Assembly (NCBI GenBank): GCA_029260795.1
Contig: JAJDCO010000053.1
Location: 68,414 to 132,413 of the forward strand
Direction: 5' to 3'
Length of the DNA: 64,000 nt
Source: Planctomycetota bacterium
GTDB taxonomy: Bacteria; Planctomycetota; OFTM77
How positions within the stretch are numbered: position 1 is the first letter of the stretch; the number at the start of each line of letters is the position of its first letter. Both the position numbers and the translations under genes were made by a program. Below the pieces are notes generated by a model. The model did no database searches and was not told where the DNA came from. It saw only the letters and a list, made by a program, of their open reading frames with translations. This document shows positions 58,418 through 64,000 of this stretch, piece by piece.

Positions 58418-58782
58418 CGGTAGTACTCGTGACCCCGAGCAAGAGAACGGAGCCGCTGACGGTATTCGTGAACAAGCGCCCAGTCCGGCGTTGCCCCGTC
58501 CTCGCGCGCCAATTCGCCGAGCAGCGTTCCGCGAGTCCGCGGTGACGCCGCAACCCGTGACGCCGCACCTCGTGACTCCGACTCGCGGTGACGCTCGCTT
58601 TCGTCGAGACAATGCCAACGCGCTCGGCCAACGTCTCGCCCGGTTGCTTGTGACGCGAAGTCGTTGTCGATAGTCTGTGGCCTTGCCATTGAACCTGCCG
58701 AAGCGAGTACACATGGACGGCCCAGAACCACCCGAAGGGGCCTCAGGTGCCGCACACGATGTTTATCGAATCGGAGCGCAGG

Positions 58783-59361
58783 TCACTCGATGCGCTTGAT
58801 GATGTGGAATCCGAACTTGCTGGTCGCAGGGTCGTACTCGGCCAGCCCGACCTCCCCGACTTCGAGCTCGAATCCGATGTCACCAAAAGCCGCGACCATG
58901 CCGCCGCGGGTCTGGTACCCCGGTCGACTCGGCGCACCCGTGTTCGTCATGCCGTAGATGCCGGGCGAGCTATCGTCGGTGTATTGCTCGATGAGGGCAT
59001 CGAAGTCCTCGCCTCCTCGAACGCGATCCAGCAGCGCCAGAGCCAGCTCCCGTGCTTCCCGCTCGGACCGTTCTCGAGCGGCCTCGGGGGCGCTGCCTGC
59101 AAAGCCGGCGGCATCACGAAAGGCGATGAGGAGGTGCTGCACCTTGATGGCATCGGGTCCCGTGACCGCAGGAGGCTGCTCGGTTTCCACAGGTGGATCC
59201 GGCGTCTTCTCCGGAAGCGGGGCTTCTTTCGTTTCCGGCTTCCTCTCGGGAGCTTGGCTCTTCGACGTCGACGCGTCTGGCTTCTTCTCGGCGTCGGGGG
59301 CGCATGCCCAGCCAACGCTGAGCACGATCAGGCAAGTCGCGAGAGCTCGTCGGCTCTTCAT
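58783..59361 (-). CDS. parvulin-type peptidyl-prolyl isomerase lipoprotein (paralog 1)
   Basis: The ATG at 59361 is preceded by GGAGGG. The lipobox is LSVGWAC. The parvulin core is VQHLLIAF...GIYGMTN...FGFHIIKRIE. Confidence 0.8.
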   Translation of the reverse strand: MKSRRALATCLIVLSVGWACAPDAEKKPDASTSKSQAPERKPETKEAPLPEKTPDPPVETEQPPAVTGPDAIKVQHLLIAFRDAAGFAGSAPEAARERSEREARELALALLDRVRGGEDFDALIEQYTDDSSPGIYGMTNTGAPSRPGYQTRGGMVAAFGDIGFELEVGEVGLAEYDPATSKFGFHIIKRIE

Positions 59362-59375
59362 GGTGAGTCCCTCCA

Positions 59376-59897
59376 CTACTCGATTCTCTTGATGATGTGC
59401 CAACCGTACTTGCTCGTGGCGGGATCGTAGGTCGTCATGCCGATCTCGCCGACCGCGAGCGAGAAGCTGACGTCACCGAACGCCGTGACCATGCGGCCTC
59501 GAGGAGAATAGCCCTCGCGCTCCGCCACCTCGTGATTGGTCATGCCGTAGATGCCGGGGGCCTCGTCGTCGGTGAACTCGATCACGAGTGCCTCGAAGTC
59601 TTCCCCCGACTGTGCGCGGGCGAGCAGCGAGGCTGCGAGCTCGCGCGCTTGAGCCTCCGTTCGTCCGGCCGCACCTTCGGGGACTTGGTCCTTGAACCCG
59701 ATGGCATCCTGGAAGCCAATCAAGACGTGTTGGACTCGGACGGCATCGGGCTCGACGCGCTCGGGTGTCTCGGTGACCCGCTCGGCGGCTTCCTCCGGGC
59801 TCGATGGGTCCGCTTCCTCGGAAGGGCTCGCACAGCTCGAGCCGAGAGCGACGATGCTGGCGAGCGCCAGCGAGGCTCCGATGGACTTGATACTCAT
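59376..59897 (-). CDS. parvulin-type peptidyl-prolyl isomerase lipoprotein (paralog 2)
   Basis: 173 aa. The lipobox is ALGSSC. The core VQHVLIGF...GIYGMTN...YGWHIIKRIE is collinear with the downstream paralog. The start overlaps the sulfatase stop (ATGA). Confidence 0.8.
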   Translation of the reverse strand: MSIKSIGASLALASIVALGSSCASPSEEADPSSPEEAAERVTETPERVEPDAVRVQHVLIGFQDAIGFKDQVPEGAAGRTEAQARELAASLLARAQSGEDFEALVIEFTDDEAPGIYGMTNHEVAEREGYSPRGRMVTAFGDVSFSLAVGEIGMTTYDPATSKYGWHIIKRIE

Positions 59898-61366
59898 CGC
59901 GAATCTCCTCGAGTGTGACCTTGGTTTCGGTAGCGATCGATGAGGGCCGTCAGTCGGGACACGACCTCGGGCTCTTCTTCCCAGCGATTGATCGTCTCGC
60001 CGGGGTCTGCACCCAGGTGATACAGCTGGCCGAAAGGGCCGCCTTCGGCTTGGCGGTCGACTCGTTTCGGGGCGGAGAACCCGCCGGAGCCCCGACCTTG
60101 AATGAGCTTCCAGTCACCCTGGCGAATCGCGAACATTCCGTCCGCCGAGTGATGCACGACGGCCTCGTGAATCGGTCCTTCTCGGCGCAGGCCGCGCCAA
60201 ACGGGCAGCAGACTTGTGCTGTCCTCGCCCATCTGATCGGGGAGATTCATGCGCCAGATGTCCGCGAAGGTGGCCATCAGATCGACCAGCGTGATGGTCT
60301 CGTTCTCGGTCTTGCCTGGGTCGACCTGACCCGGCCAGCGAACGACGAACGGCACTCGGTGCCCACCCTCCCAGATGTCCGCCTTCTGGCCTCGCCACGG
60401 TCCGTTCGAGCGGTGGTCCCAACGCTCGATGTCGTCCGTGTCCCAGTGCGAGCCGTTGTCGCTCGTCACGATGACGATCGTGTCCTCGGACTTGCCCAGG
60501 CGCACCAACGTCTCGAGCAAGGCACCGATGCTCGCATCGACCTGGTGAGTGAAGTCACCGTAGTCGCCGGCTCGGCTCGCGCCTCGAAACTCCTCCGTGG
60601 GCATCCAGGGCGTGTGGGGAGCGGGCAGGGGCAAGTACAGGAAGAACGGTCGATCGGGCTCGCGGCGCGACTGTCGCTCGACGAAAGCAACGGCCTCCTC
60701 CGTCAGGCGAGGCAGCACGCCCTCGTGCCGAAACCCGGGGGCGATCTTCCCGCCGCGCCAGAAACCGCCACCGTCGACCTTGCGGCGCTGGCTGGCCGCG
60801 ACCGGGAGGCTCGGGAATGCGACCGGGTGATCGTCGCGCACGTAGAGATAGGGCTCCATGTCGAGCGAAGCCGGAATGCCGAAGAACTCCGCGAAGCCAT
60901 GGTCGAGTGGCCCGGGATGGAGTGGCTGCGTGTAGTCGGTCTGGTTTCCGACGCCGAGGCCGAGGTGCCACTTGCCGATCGCGGCCGTCGCGTAGCCGTT
61001 GGCGCGGGCGATCGTGCCCAGCGTCCATCGACCGGGCTCGATGAGATTGGTAGATCGGCCGCCCAGGACGCCTTTCTTGAGGCGACTGCGCCAGCAGTAG
61101 CGTCCGGTGAGCAGACCATACCGAGTTGGCGTGCAGACACCGGATGGGGAGTGGGCATCCGTGAACCGCATGCCTTCGGCCGCCAACCGATCGAGATGGG
61201 GCGTGGGGATCTTCGAGTCCGCGTTGTAGCAGCCCAGGTCACCGTAGCCGAGGTCGTCGGCGAGGATGAGGATGATGTTCGGGCGATCGATCTTCGAGGA
61301 ACCGAAAGCCGACGCCGCGCCCGCCCCCAAAGCGAGGGCCGCGACGACGAGTCCGAGCGTTCGCAT
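59894..61366 (-). CDS. Cys-type arylsulfatase family protein
   Basis: 490 aa with a signal peptide. Sulfatase signature 1 is SGVCTPTRYGLLTGRY (the C-x-P-x-R formylglycine motif), after ILILADDLGYGDLG. Confidence 0.9.
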   Translation of the reverse strand: MRTLGLVVAALALGAGAASAFGSSKIDRPNIILILADDLGYGDLGCYNADSKIPTPHLDRLAAEGMRFTDAHSPSGVCTPTRYGLLTGRYCWRSRLKKGVLGGRSTNLIEPGRWTLGTIARANGYATAAIGKWHLGLGVGNQTDYTQPLHPGPLDHGFAEFFGIPASLDMEPYLYVRDDHPVAFPSLPVAASQRRKVDGGGFWRGGKIAPGFRHEGVLPRLTEEAVAFVERQSRREPDRPFFLYLPLPAPHTPWMPTEEFRGASRAGDYGDFTHQVDASIGALLETLVRLGKSEDTIVIVTSDNGSHWDTDDIERWDHRSNGPWRGQKADIWEGGHRVPFVVRWPGQVDPGKTENETITLVDLMATFADIWRMNLPDQMGEDSTSLLPVWRGLRREGPIHEAVVHHSADGMFAIRQGDWKLIQGRGSGGFSAPKRVDRQAEGGPFGQLYHLGADPGETINRWEEEPEVVSRLTALIDRYRNQGHTRGDSR

Positions 61367-61621
61367 GTTTGACTGAGCCTCCCCGGTGATGGAACGGGGT
61401 CCGCCTGGGACCGACCGGTCCCGAGCCTACCTCGAACGGGGAACCTCGAACATCGAAGTTTGAGCGGAATGTCGAGCGGAGTGGGCTGAAGTCGCACCTC
61501 GGTGTGTGAGGGTCGCCAGCAGAGAGCTGAGTGCGGGGCTCAGCGGCTTCGATTCGCCGGTGTCGTTTGATAGCCTCTCGGTTTCGCTTGCCCGTCACCG
61601 TTCCCTCCGGAGCCCCTCGCG

Positions 61622-63448
61622 ATGTCGCCGCTCGCCCGTTCGATCTCTTTGGTCTTCCTACTCGCGCCGATGGCGATCGGCGAAGAGCCGGCCGTCGACT
61701 ATCAGATCGCGTTCCCGAACGCACTGCATCATGAGGCGATCGTTCGAACGACCTTCCGAGGGCTCGATTCCGATCGACCGCTCGAGATCCGGATGAGCCG
61801 CACGTCGCCCGGGCGCTACGCTCTGCACGAGTTCTCCAAGAACGTCTACGGCGTCCTCATCACCGACAGTAACGGTCGGCCCCTCGAGGCTACGCGTCCC
61901 GATCTCCACCAGTGGACGGTGGCGGGTCACGACGGAACGGTCGTCTTCGAGTACACCCTCTTCGGCGATCGCGCGGACGGAACGTACACGGGTATCGACA
62001 ACACGCACGCGCACCTCAACATGCCGGCCACCTTCGTCTGGGCGCGCGGTCTCGAGCAGGCTCCCATCACGATCGACTTCCAGCCCTTTCGCTCCGAATG
62101 GCAGGTCGCGACCCAACTCGAGCCCACCGACCATCCGTATCGCTTTCGGGCACCCGACCTCGCCTACTTCCTCGACAGCCCGACCGAGCTGAGCGACTTC
62201 GGGCTGCGCACCTTCGAGGTCCCTGCGGGGGAAGGCACGGCGACCATCCGCCTGGCGGTCCATCACGACGGCAGCGACGAGGATCTCGACGCGTTCTTCG
62301 AGATGGTTCAGCCGGTCGTGCGAGAGCAGATTGCCATCTTCGGTGAGGTGCCCGAGTACGAGTTCGGCACGTACACGTTCATCGCCTGTTACCTACCGCA
62401 CGTTGATGGCGACGGCATGGAGCATCGCAACTCGACGATCCTCACCAGCACGCGGCGCCTCGATGGCCGGGGTGCGATGGGCAACCTCGGAACGGTCTCG
62501 CACGAGTTCTTCCATCAATGGAACGTCGAGCGTCTGCGCCCGCTCGCCCTCGAGCCGTTCGATTTCGAGGCCGCGAACGTCTGCGGCGAGCTGTGGTTCG
62601 CGGAAGGGTTCACGAGCTACTACACACCGCTCGCGATTCGACGGGCCGGGCTCATCGACGACGACGAGTACGCGAAACGGATCTCAGGGGGCATCGACAC
62701 GGTGCTCAATGCTCCCGGGCGACGATACTTCTCACCGGTGGGAATGAGCCGGCAAGCCCCGTTCGTCGACGCGGCGCGCTCCGTCGACCCGACCAACCGC
62801 AGCAACACGTTCATCTCCTACTACACCTGGGGCGCGGCGCTCGGGCTGGCCTTGGATCTCGAGCTGCGCACGCGGTTCGATGGAAAGAGCCTCGACGGCT
62901 GGTTCCGGGCGCTGTGGGAGAGCCATGGTCGACCGGAGAAGCCATACACCCTCGACGACCTCGAGCGATCGTTGGGCCGCTACTCCGGTAGTCTGGAGTT
63001 CGCGACGGAGTTCTTCGCACGTCATCTGCGCGGCCGCGAGGCCCCGGACTTCGCAAGTCTTCTGGCTCAGGCCGGCTTCGTGGTCGAGCCGAAGCGTCCC
63101 GGAGAGCGCTGGCTCGGTGCTCGCCTCGTCGATGGCGACGAGTGCGTGGAGGTCACGGGCCGACCGCCGGTCGGGAGCCCGCTCTACCAGGCAGGGGTCG
63201 AGGCGGGCAGCCGGATCTCGCGAATCGGCCCTGTCGCGACCACCGAAGCGGGAGCGGCCATCGACCTGCTCGAGAAGGTGCCGTTCGGCTCACGCCTGCC
63301 GATCGAGTTCGAGCAGCGAGGCGAATGGAGATCGGGGTATCTGGTGCTGAAGCCCGACCGGAGCGTGAAGGTCCGCGCTCGGTCCGAGGAGGAGCTCGAG
63401 GCGAGTCAACGCGCGCTCCGGAGAGCCTGGTTGGGGAGTCGACTCTAG
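61622..63448 (+). CDS. M61 glycyl aminopeptidase family protein with C-terminal PDZ domain
   Basis: 608 aa with a signal peptide. HEFFHQWNVERLRP is the characteristic M61 zinc motif. The C-terminal ~100 aa are PDZ-like (GSPLYQAGVEAGSRISRIG). Confidence 0.88.
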   Translation: MSPLARSISLVFLLAPMAIGEEPAVDYQIAFPNALHHEAIVRTTFRGLDSDRPLEIRMSRTSPGRYALHEFSKNVYGVLITDSNGRPLEATRPDLHQWTVAGHDGTVVFEYTLFGDRADGTYTGIDNTHAHLNMPATFVWARGLEQAPITIDFQPFRSEWQVATQLEPTDHPYRFRAPDLAYFLDSPTELSDFGLRTFEVPAGEGTATIRLAVHHDGSDEDLDAFFEMVQPVVREQIAIFGEVPEYEFGTYTFIACYLPHVDGDGMEHRNSTILTSTRRLDGRGAMGNLGTVSHEFFHQWNVERLRPLALEPFDFEAANVCGELWFAEGFTSYYTPLAIRRAGLIDDDEYAKRISGGIDTVLNAPGRRYFSPVGMSRQAPFVDAARSVDPTNRSNTFISYYTWGAALGLALDLELRTRFDGKSLDGWFRALWESHGRPEKPYTLDDLERSLGRYSGSLEFATEFFARHLRGREAPDFASLLAQAGFVVEPKRPGERWLGARLVDGDECVEVTGRPPVGSPLYQAGVEAGSRISRIGPVATTEAGAAIDLLEKVPFGSRLPIEFEQRGEWRSGYLVLKPDRSVKVRARSEEELEASQRALRRAWLGSRL

Positions 63449-63572
63449 GGAGCCTGATTCTCGACAGCGTCCAGCGCCGAGGTGGGCATCACGGTTTCGG
63501 ACGCTTCCGCTTATCATGATCGCAGGCCCACCGCGAAAGGGCCGCCCGTACCGTGCCAGCTGGAGTCGAGTC

Positions 63573-64000
63573 TTGATCGAAGAACTCACGAGGATCCTGA
63601 GCGTGACGGTGGTCGGCCTCACGTTCCTTCTGTCGACCTCGGCTTGCTCAGAGGACGTCGGACCAAAGCCGGAACGGTGGACGGTCGAGGTCCTCCGATC
63701 CTTTCCCCACGATCGAGAGGCTTTCACTCAGGGGCTCGTCTTCTACGCGGGCAAGCTCTTCGAGAGCACCGGGCAGTACCAGAGCTCGTCGCTGCGGCGG
63801 ATCGACCCCCAGAGTGGGCGCGTCGAGAAGAACCTGGCCCTGGGCGGCGAGTACTTCGCCGAAGGCTTGGCCCGCGTCGGTGACGAGCTGATCCAGCTCA
63901 CTTGGCAGAACGGGGAAGCCTTCGTGTACAACGTCGGCACGTTCCAGAAGCAAAGGACGCTGCGGTACAAAGGCGAAGGTTGGGGGCTCTGCCACGACGG
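63573..64000 (+). CDS. glutaminyl-peptide cyclotransferase (bacterial/plant-type glutamine cyclase), 3'-truncated by the window end
   Basis: This ORF is not in the track because it has no stop in the window. My translation of the mod-3=0 frame gives ...ILSVTVVGLTFLLSTSACSEDV...FPHDREAFTQGLVFYAGKLFESTGQYQSSSLRRIDPQSGRV...EYFAEGLARVGDELIQLTWQNGEAFVYN...YKGEGWGLCHDG, which matches the beta-propeller QC family. The preferred start is TTG 63573 (GGAG 7 nt upstream); ATG 63516 is the alternative. Confidence 0.75.
   Translation, partial: MIEELTRILSVTVVGLTFLLSTSACSEDVGPKPERWTVEVLRSFPHDREAFTQGLVFYAGKLFESTGQYQSSSLRRIDPQSGRVEKNLALGGEYFAEGLARVGDELIQLTWQNGEAFVYNVGTFQKQRTLRYKGEGWGLCHD

Overview
This is a 64-kb, very GC-rich bacterial chromosomal segment: hand-sampled lines in conserved genes run about 65-73% G+C. 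Lipobox lipoproteins, a sigma-54 activator and an ECF sigma factor point to a Gram-negative-type organism. I could not place the lineage from sequence alone.

Most of the window is densely packed housekeeping and envelope genes, with frequent 4-nt start/stop overlaps:
- a GAF/AAA+ sigma-54 activator, M17 leucyl aminopeptidase and type-2 IleRS;
- a pentaheme cytochrome c;
- a B12-dependent acyl-CoA mutase supercluster (icmF, mutA, mutB, meaB);
- a PQQ-propeller protein and an SSS symporter;
- a GT2/GT39 pair and a reprolysin-like protease;
- otsA plus an otsB-GH15 fusion;
- a sulfatase followed by two parvulin genes, an M61 aminopeptidase and a partial glutaminyl cyclase.

No rRNA, tRNA, CRISPR array, integrase or transposase was recognised.

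The most striking feature is a visibly AT-richer two-gene module at 32585-34698. It encodes an ABC/SMC-type ATPase plus a small TOPRIM-like (DUF4276-like) protein. It is inserted with near-zero spacing between icmF and mutA, and its architecture resembles PARIS/OLD-type anti-phage systems.

Other candidates worth a second look:
- a bacterial Vms1/ANKZF1-type (VLRF1) release-factor-like protein with a possible zinc-ribbon extension;
- an uncharacterised SIS / radical-SAM / Nudix / Gfo-Idh-MocA operon;
- a BlaI/BlaR1-like pair whose M56 sensor carries an insert of about 400 aa that is Arg/Ser/Gly/Pro-rich and built partly on 45-bp tandem repeats;
- several families of short GC-rich intergenic repeats.

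Many long ORFs in the six-frame track are antisense or alternate-frame shadows of real genes and were discarded. All family calls rest on motifs read by eye, not on database searches.
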